A stretch of DNA of 64,000 nt from Planctomycetota bacterium (GTDB lineage: Bacteria > Planctomycetota > UBA1135 > UBA2386). Position 1 is the first letter of the stretch; every line of letters begins with the position of its first letter. The notes under the pieces are model-generated. The model saw only the letters and a list, made by a program, of their open reading frames with translations, searched no databases and was not told where the DNA came from. Shown piece by piece: positions 47,090 through 59,963 of this stretch. The stretch is from the NCBI GenBank assembly GCA_036274315.1, contig DASUFY010000243.1:1329-65328 (forward strand), written 5' to 3'. Both the position numbers and the translations under genes were made by a program.

Positions 47090-48450
47090 TCACCGCAGCC
47101 ACCCGATCGATGCCCGCATCGAGTTGCTGACCAAGATCCCCGCGGCGTTGGCGCCAGGCGCGAGCACGAGTGCCTGCTGGTAGAACGGCGTGCCGACCAC
47201 CGCGGGATCGGCCGGGATGGGCTGTTCGAACGTGACGCGGGTGTGGGTGCCGACGCCGAGCTGCAACAACTCGGGAGCAACCCGCAGGTCGCACGACGGC
47301 ATACCGAGCATCGACAGATCGAGCGGCAGCGGCGTCGCGCCGAAGGACTGGTCGCTGAGCCCGGTGATCAGCACGGCAACCGACAGCGGCGCGAGCGAGA
47401 CGGTGACGCCCAACGTGCCGCCGAGCCAGGCGCGGGTCCAGGACTCGGTCAAGCCGAGCACGGGCGCGTTCGCGACCGTGCAGCCAGCACCGTGTGGCGC
47501 GTACATCGCTGGATAGAGGTCGGTCAGGTAGGCGACGCTGCTCGTGGCGCTCTGGTACGAGTAGAAGCGGTTGCGCACGGGGTCGTGGCAGCCGGCGTAG
47601 ACGACGGGATTGAGTCCGTTGAGCACGTAGTTCATCGGCAACCACGCGGCGCCTTCGCGCATGCGCAGGCTCGGCGGGCTGAGACCCTCGGAGTAACGAA
47701 TCATCTTGCCCCGATGCGCGTCGAACCACATGAAGGTGTTGCCGAGCGGGCTGCCAATCGGGCCACTTGGAGGGTACTCGACCCAACCGTCGGACTCGTT
47801 CCAATCCCAAGTCAGCGCCTCCACGGCGATGATATTCCCCGACGAACTCGACGACTCCGTTCGTCCGAACAGGACGAGCTTCTTCTGTGCCGCATCGTAC
47901 CCGAACGCGTGGTACCGATAGGCGCGATGCACCATTGGGCTGATCGGTGGGCCACCGGTCGTCGATACTGGAGACCAGTTTGCTCCATCCCACTCATGCA
48001 GTTCGGCTCCGCCTGCTCCAGCAACGAAGACGACCACTCGCTTCCTGCCGCGATGGTACGTGAGATGGTAACCGAAGTAGGGTGGGTAGACGTACGGCGG
48101 AACCGCCCACGTGAAGAACGGGACGGCGCCGGCATTCGTCCAATTGACACCGTCCCATTCCCACACGCTTTGATAGTAGTCGCTGATGGCCACCGTCACG
48201 CCGCGCCGCTCGTCGAACGCGAATTGCCACCCTGCATTGGGTGGCATGTTGGCGCTTGGCACCTGTTGCCACGACGATCCGTCGAACTCCCATGTCGCGT
48301 TGACGTTGTACCCGATGAGACGGTCTCTATGGGAATCGTAGGCGGCAGCATCACACAGGGGCGCCGGCGTCGTCATCCATATCGTCTGACCGACCGCTCG
48401 ATCCACGCCTGCCAGCAGTACCGCGATCCCAACCCACAGCGTCGGAACTT

Positions 48451-48454
<4 letters not shown>
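47090..48454 (-). CDS. Secreted Kelch-like beta-propeller protein with the shared C-terminal module
   Basis: The GTG start overlaps the S8 protease stop (GTGA). Signal-like VKVPTLWVGIAVLLAGV. W-x-(F/W)DG-x-x-W repeats (WEFDGSSWQQV, WEWDGVNWTNA, HEWDGANWSPV). C-terminal module HGAGC...PLPLDLSMLGMPSCDL...PIPADPAVVGTPFYQQAL. Confidence 0.8.
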
Positions 48455-51780
<3,326 letters not shown>

Positions 51781-51869
51781 GATCTCCACCTTCTCCACGG
51801 CCCGCGATGGGTGCGCGGCCCCAAACCGCACAGCATACCCCGGAACGCGGTGACCGGCTACCCGCGGCC

Positions 51870-51904
51870 TTGAAGCTCTTGAAGCTCTGAAGCTCCAAAG
51901 CTCC
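51870..51904. repeat. Short tandem repeat (T)GAAGCTC x4 (periods 9, 8, 8) in the S8 protease upstream region
   Basis: gaagctc at 51872, 51881 and 51889; aaagctc at 51897. The repeat sits 90-125 nt upstream of the protease ATG. Confidence 0.7.
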
Positions 51905-51921
51905 AGTGCCCCGGTGGATTC

Positions 51922-51946
51922 GCGGCGCGGCGCGCGATCGCCTAGC
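51922..51946. repeat. 25-nt exact repeat, copy 2, overlapping the TAG stop of the FHA-CAP gene
   Basis: Identical to 46902-46926. Confidence 0.85.
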
Positions 51947-54854
51947 GGTGGCCCGCCTCGCCGGCGGCCGCCCACGCCGGATCGTCGCGGTGCACGAGGC
52001 CCGAACCGAAGTTCTGCACCCAGTAGCGCCCGTCGGCGCCGATGCCGACCTCGTGGTGGTTCGGATCGAGCAGGTTGCGGTGGTGGCCCGACGACTGGCA
52101 CCACGCGTTGTGCGAGGCCAGGGCCGAGTCGGAGAGTGCGATGTTCTCGCTGACGCCGAACTTGTAGCCGGCGAGCCGCATGCGGTCGTACGGCGTCGTG
52201 CGACCCGGCGTCGGCGACATGTGCGCGAAGTAGCCGAGCTTGGACATCTCCTCGGCGTGACCCTGGGCCGCCTCGCACAGCGAGGCGACGATCGCCAGCG
52301 GCCGGTGCCGGAACATCGCGCGGTAGTCGTTCGTGATGCGCAGTTGCTCGCGCACCGCGGCGCCGAGCTTCTTGCCGACGATCGTGTTGTAGGCCTCGAT
52401 GCGCCGCCACTCCTCGAGTTCCGTGCGCTCGGCGACCGTGGCGCAGTAGTCGCGGATGCCGACGCTGTCGCCGGCCGGCAGCGCGCGCGCCCAGTCGACG
52501 CGCGCGAGGCGGTCCTGGTCGAGTTCGCCGAGGTCGCCGAGCACCTTGGCCACCCACTGCAGCCGGTCGAGGTCGGCGCGCAGGCTGGCGGGCACACGCA
52601 CGACGACGCGGTCGTCGCGCCACAGCACGCGCAGCGCCGCCACGCGGCGGTCGACCTCGGCCTGCACCTCGTTGTACTCGGCGAAGCGCTGGCCCGAGAC
52701 GGCCGGCGGCTTGTAGGGGTAGAAGTACTTGACCTCGTCGTAGATCAGGTCGCGCGCGTTCTTGCGCGCCGCGTCGAGCATGACCCGCTGTTGGGCCAGG
52801 CGGTCGACCTGCTTCTTGAGGTTGCCCGACTCGAGCTTCTCCAGCTGGCGGCCGAACTCCTTCTGGAAGGCCGCCACCATGACGTCCAACGCCTCGGGCC
52901 CCGAGGAGAGCACGTCGGTCACGAAGGCGTCGCGCGCGTTCGGGTTCTTGTCGCGCAGCACCGTGTCGAGGCGCGCACCGAGCTTCTTGGCCTGCTTCTG
53001 CACCTCGATCGAACGCGCCGACACGAAGCCGTCCTTGCCGAGCGTGTAGCCGAGCGCGTCGATCGGCTCGCCGCGCCCGTGCGCGATCACCTCGTCGACG
53101 AGCGGCTTCTGCGTCGCGTCGGCGCGCAGCGCCTTGGCGAGCAGGGCCTCGGCGCGTTCGCTCTCGCCCTGCTTGTAGAGCAGCGTCGCCGCGCCGAGCA
53201 GGGATCTGCCGGTCGGCTGCACCTGCTCCGTGAGCGCCTGCAGACCCGGCGCGCCGATGTCGTGCCAGCAGAGGCGCAGATCGCCGTCGACCGACGAACC
53301 GAGCAGCGCCGGGCCCTCGACGGCCCGCAGCTGCACCCCCTGTCCGGCCGCCGTCGTCGTGTTCAGCACGCGGCCTGTGCGCAACGTCTCCGCGATGCAC
53401 TCGTGCCAGGCCGCGAGCAGGCCCGCTTCGTCGGCGCGCACCTCGAGACGGCGCGCGAAGTCCGCGTCCCGATCGCGCACGAGGTCGGCCGCCGCACGCA
53501 GCAGGCCGGCGGCCTCGCCGAACGCGGCCCGCTCCTCGGCGGCCCGGACCTGGTCCATCTGGGCGCGCAGGCCGGCCAGCGTGGCCGTGCGCACCGCGGG
53601 ATCGACGCCGTCGGGCCGGGCCACGGGACTCGCGGGTTGCGCCGCGGTCGCCGCGGCGGCGGCCAGCGCTTCGCACTTCGCCAGCTGGGCCGGCAACTCG
53701 GCGAACTCCGGCGTCGCGGGGAAGCGATGGCGCAGGCCCGCCAGGAGTCGCGCCGCTGCCTCGGGCTTGCCGGCCTCGACCAAACGCTGCGCCTGCTCGA
53801 GCGCGGTCGCCATCTTGCGCTTCGCCTCGGCGCGCACGTCGTCGATGCGACGCTGCACGACGACGAGCCCGGCTTCGCCGGTCGCGTTCGCGAGCTCGCC
53901 CTGCAGCAGCGACAGCGCCGGCGTGAACAGGTCCTGGTCGACGAGGCGTTGGGCCTCGACGAACACCTGCTCGGCCGACGAACGCGCCGGCGGCTCGGCG
54001 GCGGTCGGCGATGCGGTGGTCGGCGATCCGGCGGTGGTCGGCGGCGGCGCCGCCGCGGCGACGGCGTCGGGCGGCGTCGAGGTCGCGGGCCTCTGGCTCA
54101 GCGTCTCGCGGAGCGAGGAGCGCACGCGTCGCGCCGCCACGCGTTCGGCGGGGGTGCCTTCCGCTTCGAGCCGCTGCAGCTCGCGGTTCCACTCGGCATA
54201 CGAGCGCGACAGTGCCGGATCCAACACCTGCGCGGTCAGCTCGGTCGTCGCGGTCTCGACCGCGAGCACGGCCTGCCGTTCGGCGTCGAGCCGGTCGAGG
54301 CGATCGTCGGTCGCATCGCTCCAGTCGCGATGCAGTCGTTCGATCGCGGCGGTGGCCTGCTCGAGCTGGCCGGCCTGGCGCAGCCTCGCGACGCCGGCGA
54401 GCTCGCCGCTCACGCGCCCCGTGTCGTCACCGGAGAACACGAACGCGAGCCCGACGGCGACGATGATCCCGGCCGCGGTGATGGCCCACCAGCGCGCTCG
54501 CCCCTGCGTGCGGGTCCGGCTCGCGCGCGTGCGCGGCAGGCCGTCGGCGAGCACGTCCTCGGGACCCGCGGCGCGGTGCACCGCGCGGCCGACGACGAGC
54601 ACCGCCTTGCCGATCTCGATGCGATCGCCGAGCGCGAGCACGGTCGCGCGCACGGCCTGCCCGTTGACGAGCACCGGGCCGATGGCGACCAACCGCACGC
54701 CGTGGTCGATCGGTTCGATGCGCGCGTGCACGGGTTGCACGCCGGCTTCGCCGAGTTGCACGTCCGCTTCGCCCGCCCGGCCGAGCACCACCGGAGCACC
54801 ATCGAGGGAATGCAGGAAGGTCTGGCCGCGGTCGAGAATCTGCAGCGTGAACAT
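51942..54854 (-). CDS. FHA domain - TM - long helical region - C-terminal CAP/SCP (PR-1-like) domain protein
   Basis: FHA domain begins at residue 1 (APVVLGRAGEADVQL...VLVNGQAV...IEIGKAVLVV). TM segment WWAITAAGIIVAVGLAFVF. C-terminal CAP signature YFAHMSPTPGRTTPYDRM...HNAWCQSSGHHRNLLDPNHHEVGIG. Confidence 0.85.
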   Translation of the reverse strand: MFTLQILDRGQTFLHSLDGAPVVLGRAGEADVQLGEAGVQPVHARIEPIDHGVRLVAIGPVLVNGQAVRATVLALGDRIEIGKAVLVVGRAVHRAAGPEDVLADGLPRTRASRTRTQGRARWWAITAAGIIVAVGLAFVFSGDDTGRVSGELAGVARLRQAGQLEQATAAIERLHRDWSDATDDRLDRLDAERQAVLAVETATTELTAQVLDPALSRSYAEWNRELQRLEAEGTPAERVAARRVRSSLRETLSQRPATSTPPDAVAAAAPPPTTAGSPTTASPTAAEPPARSSAEQVFVEAQRLVDQDLFTPALSLLQGELANATGEAGLVVVQRRIDDVRAEAKRKMATALEQAQRLVEAGKPEAAARLLAGLRHRFPATPEFAELPAQLAKCEALAAAAATAAQPASPVARPDGVDPAVRTATLAGLRAQMDQVRAAEERAAFGEAAGLLRAAADLVRDRDADFARRLEVRADEAGLLAAWHECIAETLRTGRVLNTTTAAGQGVQLRAVEGPALLGSSVDGDLRLCWHDIGAPGLQALTEQVQPTGRSLLGAATLLYKQGESERAEALLAKALRADATQKPLVDEVIAHGRGEPIDALGYTLGKDGFVSARSIEVQKQAKKLGARLDTVLRDKNPNARDAFVTDVLSSGPEALDVMVAAFQKEFGRQLEKLESGNLKKQVDRLAQQRVMLDAARKNARDLIYDEVKYFYPYKPPAVSGQRFAEYNEVQAEVDRRVAALRVLWRDDRVVVRVPASLRADLDRLQWVAKVLGDLGELDQDRLARVDWARALPAGDSVGIRDYCATVAERTELEEWRRIEAYNTIVGKKLGAAVREQLRITNDYRAMFRHRPLAIVASLCEAAQGHAEEMSKLGYFAHMSPTPGRTTPYDRMRLAGYKFGVSENIALSDSALASHNAWCQSSGHHRNLLDPNHHEVGIGADGRYWVQNFGSGLVHRDDPAWAAAGEAGHR

Positions 54855-54915
54855 CGGGCGTGGTCAGGCAGCCCGGCGAGAGCAGGCTGAGCGATCGGGC
54901 GGGGCAACAGGGATC

Positions 54916-55860
54916 CTAACCGCCGCCGCCCGGCTGCCGCAATGCATCGAGCCGCCGCCACAGGGATCCGACGCGATCCAGCGTGTGTTCGCGGTCGGGC
55001 ACCAGGTCCGAGGCCCAGGAAGTGCGGGCCTCGAGTGCCACGGGCTCGCTGCGCAGAAGGTGCTGCAGACGCGCGGACTCGGCCCCGGTCTGGTTGGCGA
55101 CGACGAGCCATCCGCCCGGTCGCAGCGCCGCCACGGCCCGGCTGACGAGGCGCCGCGGCCGCAGCTTCGACAGCGGCAGACCCCAGCGCAGCAGCGCATG
55201 GGCCGACAGGAACGGGAACAGCATCACGACGACGTCCTGGGCCGGCAGGCAGAGCCGCGTGAAGTCGGCGACTTCGTAGCTGACCACGCTGCGGCCGGCC
55301 GCCGACCGCGCGGCGAGCCGCGCGTGGGCGCGCGCGTGGTCGGTGCGCGAGTGCCCGTCGCGGTAGACGCCGAAGCCGTCGACCTCGAACCCGCGCAGCA
55401 CGACCTCGCGGCCCGCCGCGGCGCCGCCGGCGAGCCAGCGATGCAGCGCCGTGGCGTAGTGGAAGTCGCCGCTGCCGACGTCGACCGCGCGGACCACGCC
55501 ATCGGGCCCGGCCGGTGCGCTGTCCCCCGGCGCGAGGCGCGCGAGGCACTCGAGCAGAGCGAGGTTCGCGGCATGCACGCTGCGCGTCGAACACGCGCGC
55601 AGGTCGCCGAGCCCATGCTCGCGCTCGAGCCGGGCCGCCGCCGCCTGCAGCGCACGTCGCGACGCGGCGGGCGCGAAGTCGAAGAGGCCGCGCTTGTCCT
55701 CGTGCGGCAGGCGCGCTTCGCCGCGGCTCCAGCCGACGCGCGAGCGCAGCGCGAACGCGAGTTCGTTGCCGGGCACGCGCAGCAGGGTCACGCAATGGCG
55801 CAGCAGCGAAGCCATGCCCAGGACATCGGCTTGCCGTCGTGCTCGGCGTGAGGCGAGCAA
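54916..55860 (-). CDS. Class I SAM-dependent methyltransferase-like protein
   Basis: Motif I-like AVDVGSGDF and post-motif LRPGGWLVVAN. An alternative start exists at 55815. Confidence 0.65.
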   Translation of the reverse strand: MLASRRARRQADVLGMASLLRHCVTLLRVPGNELAFALRSRVGWSRGEARLPHEDKRGLFDFAPAASRRALQAAAARLEREHGLGDLRACSTRSVHAANLALLECLARLAPGDSAPAGPDGVVRAVDVGSGDFHYATALHRWLAGGAAAGREVVLRGFEVDGFGVYRDGHSRTDHARAHARLAARSAAGRSVVSYEVADFTRLCLPAQDVVVMLFPFLSAHALLRWGLPLSKLRPRRLVSRAVAALRPGGWLVVANQTGAESARLQHLLRSEPVALEARTSWASDLVPDREHTLDRVGSLWRRLDALRQPGGGG

Positions 55861-55874
55861 CGTTCGACCGCGTG

Positions 55875-56330
55875 ATGGCCGGAGCCCCGACGAACGCTAG
55901 ACTGCCGCGCGTGCCCTCGTCGCGGTGGTCTCTGGGCCTGTTGGCCTTGGTCTCGGTCCACGTGTGCTGGGGGCTCGCGCGCGTGCCCACGAAGGTGCTC
56001 GCGCGGCGCCTCACCTACATCGAAGCCTTCCGCCGCGACGGCGACGCGGCGTTCCTGTTCGGCGACGCCAGGATCCAGGGTGCCGACGCGGTGCTCTGGT
56101 TGCGCGAGCACACGGCGAACGACAGCGTGCTGCTCTGGCGCGGCACCGAGACGGGCCCGATCGAGTTCGCCGCGGCGCTGCTGTGGCCTCGCCTGCTGGT
56201 CGCCGCAGGTGCGGTCGACGGCGCGACGAGCTTCGCCGGCCGCAGCTTCGCGACGGGCACGATCGCGGGCCGGACCGGCCGCATCGTGCTCGTGGCCGAG
56301 CGCGCGGCGCTGCACGTCGAGGTGCCATGA
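55875..56330 (+). CDS. Hypothetical membrane-anchored protein
   Basis: N-terminal TM segment WSLGLLALVSVHVCWGL. ATGA overlap with the downstream membrane protein. Confidence 0.55.
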   Translation: MAGAPTNARLPRVPSSRWSLGLLALVSVHVCWGLARVPTKVLARRLTYIEAFRRDGDAAFLFGDARIQGADAVLWLREHTANDSVLLWRGTETGPIEFAAALLWPRLLVAAGAVDGATSFAGRSFATGTIAGRTGRIVLVAERAALHVEVP

Positions 56331-57730
56331 GCCGCGCCGGGTCGGCCGAACGTGTGCTCGTCGGCTGCCTCGGCGCCTACGCGGCGATCGGCGGCCTCGG
56401 GTCGTGTTGGCTGCTCGCGCACCGCACCGTGCCCGACTGGATCCTGCCCGTCGCCTGCCTGCTCGGTGCACTGCTCGCGGCCACGCATCGCACCGGCCCG
56501 GCGCCGGACCCGGCGCCCGCGCGCCCGTTCCTGGTCTGGCTCGCGCTCGCGACCGTCGTGACCCTGACCGCCGTGCTCGCCTACGGCTCGCTGGCCACGC
56601 CGTCGCGCGAATGGGACGGAGCGGTCGCCTGGGATCTCAAGACCGCGGTGCTGCGCGCCGACCCGTCGCTCGAGCAGCCGTTCTTCCGCGAACCCGCGGT
56701 CTATTGCCACAGCCGCGACTACCCGCTGCTGCAGCCGCTCGCGATCGCGCTCGTCGAACGCGCCGGGCTGCCGGGCCGGCTGCTGTTCCCGCTCGCCCAT
56801 CTGCTGCTCGTGGCCGCGGTGCTGGCCGCCGCGCGCCGCGCCGGGGCCGGCGGCAACCGGGCGCTCCTGTTCGCGACCGCGTGTGCCGTGACGCCGATGC
56901 TGGTCAATCCGACCGGCGGCGGCTTCGACTCGGGCTATGGCGACGCCGTGCTCGCCGCGGTGCTCGCTGCCGCCGCGCTCGGCGTCGCGGGGCGCATTCC
57001 GCTGCTGGTCGCGCTCGCGGTCTTCGTCGCGGCGCTGCAGAAACCCGAAGGGCTGCCCTACGCCGCGCTGCTGGTCGCCGCGTGTGCGCTCGCCGGCGAC
57101 TCGAAGCTGCTGCGTCCGGCGACCGGGGCACTGTGCGTCGCGGGCGCGCTCGCGCTGTCGATGCAGCACGACCTGCTCGACCTGGGCCGGACCTCGACGT
57201 GGTGGCGCTGCGCCGGCGCATCGGCCGGGCTCGGCGCGGCCGTGCTCGGTCTCGACGCCTGGCTCACGCGCCGCCGCGCCGCGCTGCCCACGCGCCTCGT
57301 CGTGCTGCTGCTCGCGCTGCCGCTCGCCGTCGTGTGCCTGGCCTGGCTCACGGGCCAACACGGCAGCCTCGGCGTGCACGTCGCCGACGGAGCCCGCCCG
57401 CTGCATCGCATCGGTCGCCTGCCGGCGATCCTGCTCGCCATCGCCGATTGGGGCTGGCTGCAGGGCCGCTTCGGCCTGACCTTCGTGCTGCCGCTCGTGA
57501 TCGCGGTGGCACAACGACGCCAGCGCGCCGCCGGCACGGCGCCGGCGCTGCGCAACTGGCTCCTGCTCGCCGTGCCGCTGTGGTGCGCGGCATTCCTGCT
57601 CTCGCCGATCGACGACCTCGAACACCACCTGCGATCGACGCTGCCGCGCCTCCTGCTCCACTGGTGCGGCGTCGCGTGGTGCTGGAGCGCCACGCAGCCC
57701 CTCACCCGCGACGGCCCCCAGGCAACCTGA
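56327..57730 (+). CDS. Polytopic membrane protein, GT-C-fold glycosyltransferase-like (tentative)
   Basis: At least 10 predicted TM helices. The first loop carries acidic/aromatic residues (SREWDGAVAWD), reminiscent of ArnT/PMT-type enzymes. The functional assignment is weak. Confidence 0.6.
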   Translation: MSRAGSAERVLVGCLGAYAAIGGLGSCWLLAHRTVPDWILPVACLLGALLAATHRTGPAPDPAPARPFLVWLALATVVTLTAVLAYGSLATPSREWDGAVAWDLKTAVLRADPSLEQPFFREPAVYCHSRDYPLLQPLAIALVERAGLPGRLLFPLAHLLLVAAVLAAARRAGAGGNRALLFATACAVTPMLVNPTGGGFDSGYGDAVLAAVLAAAALGVAGRIPLLVALAVFVAALQKPEGLPYAALLVAACALAGDSKLLRPATGALCVAGALALSMQHDLLDLGRTSTWWRCAGASAGLGAAVLGLDAWLTRRRAALPTRLVVLLLALPLAVVCLAWLTGQHGSLGVHVADGARPLHRIGRLPAILLAIADWGWLQGRFGLTFVLPLVIAVAQRRQRAAGTAPALRNWLLLAVPLWCAAFLLSPIDDLEHHLRSTLPRLLLHWCGVAWCWSATQPLTRDGPQAT

Positions 57731-57790
57731 CCCACGCCCCCTCGCGGGCGGGGCGCTTGCAAGGAAACGACGCAGCCGCGCCAAGCAGCA

Positions 57791-57902
57791 TCAGAACCGG
57801 TCTCTCCCGCGCCAAGGGCGCCGTCAGGCGCCCGCAGGAGCGGTAGGAGGTCCTGAGCGAGTTCGACCAGCGGTGCTTTGCGCCGCTGGTCGACCTCGTT
57901 CA
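57791..57902 (-). repeat. Structured 3'-flank element, copy B
   Basis: Starts at the TGA of 57900..59666 on the minus strand. Hairpin acgaggtcgaccagcggcgc-aaa-gcaccgctggtcgaactcgc pairs 17/20. The tail is nearly identical to copy A. Confidence 0.8.
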
Positions 57903-59666
57903 GAAGCCGACCGTGATCTCGGTGCCGTTCGACGTGACGAGGTTCAGCGGCGTCGCGAGCGAGAAGGCCACCGCCTGCACGCGCAACTGGGTGCCGGCGA
58001 ACATCGCGTTGTTCGGGATCGGCAGCAGCTGGTTGCCGCTCCACGTCATCGACGAGACCGGGAACGACAGCGAACCGATGTTCGCGTTCGTGTAGCCGAA
58101 GCAGCCCGGCATGCCGAGGAACGTCAGGTCGAGCCCGGGCAGGATCTTGGTGTCGCCGACGAACAGGAACGCGAGCGGCACGATCGGCGGCACGTTCGTC
58201 GCAGTGGTCGAGAACGACGAGTTGCCGATCGTCGGCAGGCCGTTGGCCGTCAGCGCCAGGCCCAGGAGCTGCGCATCGGCGATGTTGATCGCACCGAACG
58301 CCGAGGACAGGTCCGTGGCGCCCGGATCACCCGAGGGCCCGGCCACCGAGTAGCCGACGACGATGTTGTCGACGCTGGCCGGACCGGACATCGCCCCGAT
58401 CACGAGCGTCAGGTCGCCCGTGGCGAGGTTGAACTGGAACTGCATCGTGTTGGGCGTGGTCGTCGTGTAGCTGTAGACGCCGTTCCAGGTCACGTAGGCG
58501 AAGCCCGAGATCTCCTCGAACGTGATCATGCCGCTGCCCGCCTGGGTCTGGTCGTAGTCGTGCCAGCAGGCGAACACCGTCGACGCGTCGGCCAGCAGCT
58601 CCGCGGCCGACGGTGTGTAGTCGATCGTCGCGCTGCCCGGCCCGCCGACCTCGACCTGACCCTTCGTCGTCACGTTGAGCGTCGTCGTGGTGCCACCCGC
58701 GACCGGCATCGCCGAGGACAGCGTGAACTGCTGCTGGCCGTCGAGCAGCCCCATCGCGACCGGCTGGGCCGCGGCCGTCGGCGGCACGAACGTGCCCGGC
58801 AGGCTGTTGAGCACGATGTAGCCGTTGCCCGTGCGCAGCATGGTGATGACCGTGTTCGACAGATCGAACGCCGCCATCGCCGAGAACTCGTAGAACGAGT
58901 CGCTCTGGGTGATGCACCCGGTGCCGTAGTTCGACGTGGATGCACAGTTGACGCTGGGGGCGGAGAAGAACGTCCAACCGGGATTGGTCGGGATCATGTC
59001 GAGGCCCGCGGAAGCCATGTCGAACGTGGCGGGCGTCAGCCACTGCTCGAACAGCGTGTTGTCGGTCGTGGCACCACCCGCCGACAGATCGCTCGCCGCC
59101 GGCAGCGTCACGCCACCGCCCACCGAGACACCCGTGATCCCGACCTGCCATGTCGGCTGGCTCGCGATCGAGTTGTTGGTCGTGCCGGGGCCGTAGGTGC
59201 AGTGGATCGCGCCGGACGGAGAGAGCGTCATCTGCATGTCGAACAGCGGCCCACCCGCGAGACCATTGTTGTAGATCTGCGCGTTCTTCCACGTGATCGT
59301 GCACTGCGTGGTGGTGCTGCTCAGGAAGCACGCTCCGCTGTTCCCGGAGAGGCACTGGATGTCGGACCACAGGGCGCAGATGCGCGGCGGCCCCGATGCG
59401 AGTTCGGCGGCGGTGGCGGTGAAGTCCGCGCCGCCCGGCGCCGGGATGCCCGCATTCGACAGGTAGACATAGCCCTTGTCGCAGACGTGGATGTTCGTGA
59501 ACGTCTGGCCCGCGAGCGGGAACGCGAAGCCGATCGGCTGGATCGGGTAGACGACGTCGCCGCCGGCACCCAACGAGACTCCGGGAGTGCCGATCACGCA
59601 GTTTTGTGCGAACGCCGGGAGGGCCAGCACACCGACCGCAAGACCGCCGAGGAACTTGTGCATCAT
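57900..59666 (-). CDS. Secreted protein with two NIDO-like regions and the shared C-terminal module
   Basis: Signal peptide MMHKFLGGLAVGVLALPAFAQ. PIGFAFPLAGQTFTNIHVCDKGYVYL...ICALWSDI, then a second similar unit ending ACWHDYD. C-terminal LDLTFLGMPGCFGY...LPIPNNAMFAGTQLRVQAV. Confidence 0.8.
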   Translation of the reverse strand: MMHKFLGGLAVGVLALPAFAQNCVIGTPGVSLGAGGDVVYPIQPIGFAFPLAGQTFTNIHVCDKGYVYLSNAGIPAPGGADFTATAAELASGPPRICALWSDIQCLSGNSGACFLSSTTTQCTITWKNAQIYNNGLAGGPLFDMQMTLSPSGAIHCTYGPGTTNNSIASQPTWQVGITGVSVGGGVTLPAASDLSAGGATTDNTLFEQWLTPATFDMASAGLDMIPTNPGWTFFSAPSVNCASTSNYGTGCITQSDSFYEFSAMAAFDLSNTVITMLRTGNGYIVLNSLPGTFVPPTAAAQPVAMGLLDGQQQFTLSSAMPVAGGTTTTLNVTTKGQVEVGGPGSATIDYTPSAAELLADASTVFACWHDYDQTQAGSGMITFEEISGFAYVTWNGVYSYTTTTPNTMQFQFNLATGDLTLVIGAMSGPASVDNIVVGYSVAGPSGDPGATDLSSAFGAINIADAQLLGLALTANGLPTIGNSSFSTTATNVPPIVPLAFLFVGDTKILPGLDLTFLGMPGCFGYTNANIGSLSFPVSSMTWSGNQLLPIPNNAMFAGTQLRVQAVAFSLATPLNLVTSNGTEITVGF

Positions 59667-59963
59667 GGGATCACTGAGACAGGGGGAAGGTGGTCGCGGC
59701 GCACGGTCCGCCGCGGGATCGCGCGGAGTCTAACAGCTGGTCGCACGCCCGGAACCCGTCGCGTCCGAGGTGTGGAAGAAGCGACAAACGCCCCCGAGCC
59801 AGGGGCGCCGGCCAATCGCCGCACCGCAAGGCACGGTGCGGGGGCGCGGCGCGCGCCCGATCGTCACCGGTGCAACGCCGGGTCCCCAGGCGGCGACGCA
59901 GCGGCGCCGGTTCCGTGCTTCGTCGGTCGGTGGGGACGCCGCTGTTGCGGGCGCCATGGGATC

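Noticed and set aside
51781-54192. Upstream extension of the S8 protease ORF to 1913 aa
   Set aside because: The extension is an alternative frame of the FHA-CAP gene plus the intergenic region. The ATG at 51780 has a strong SD and is followed by a signal peptide.
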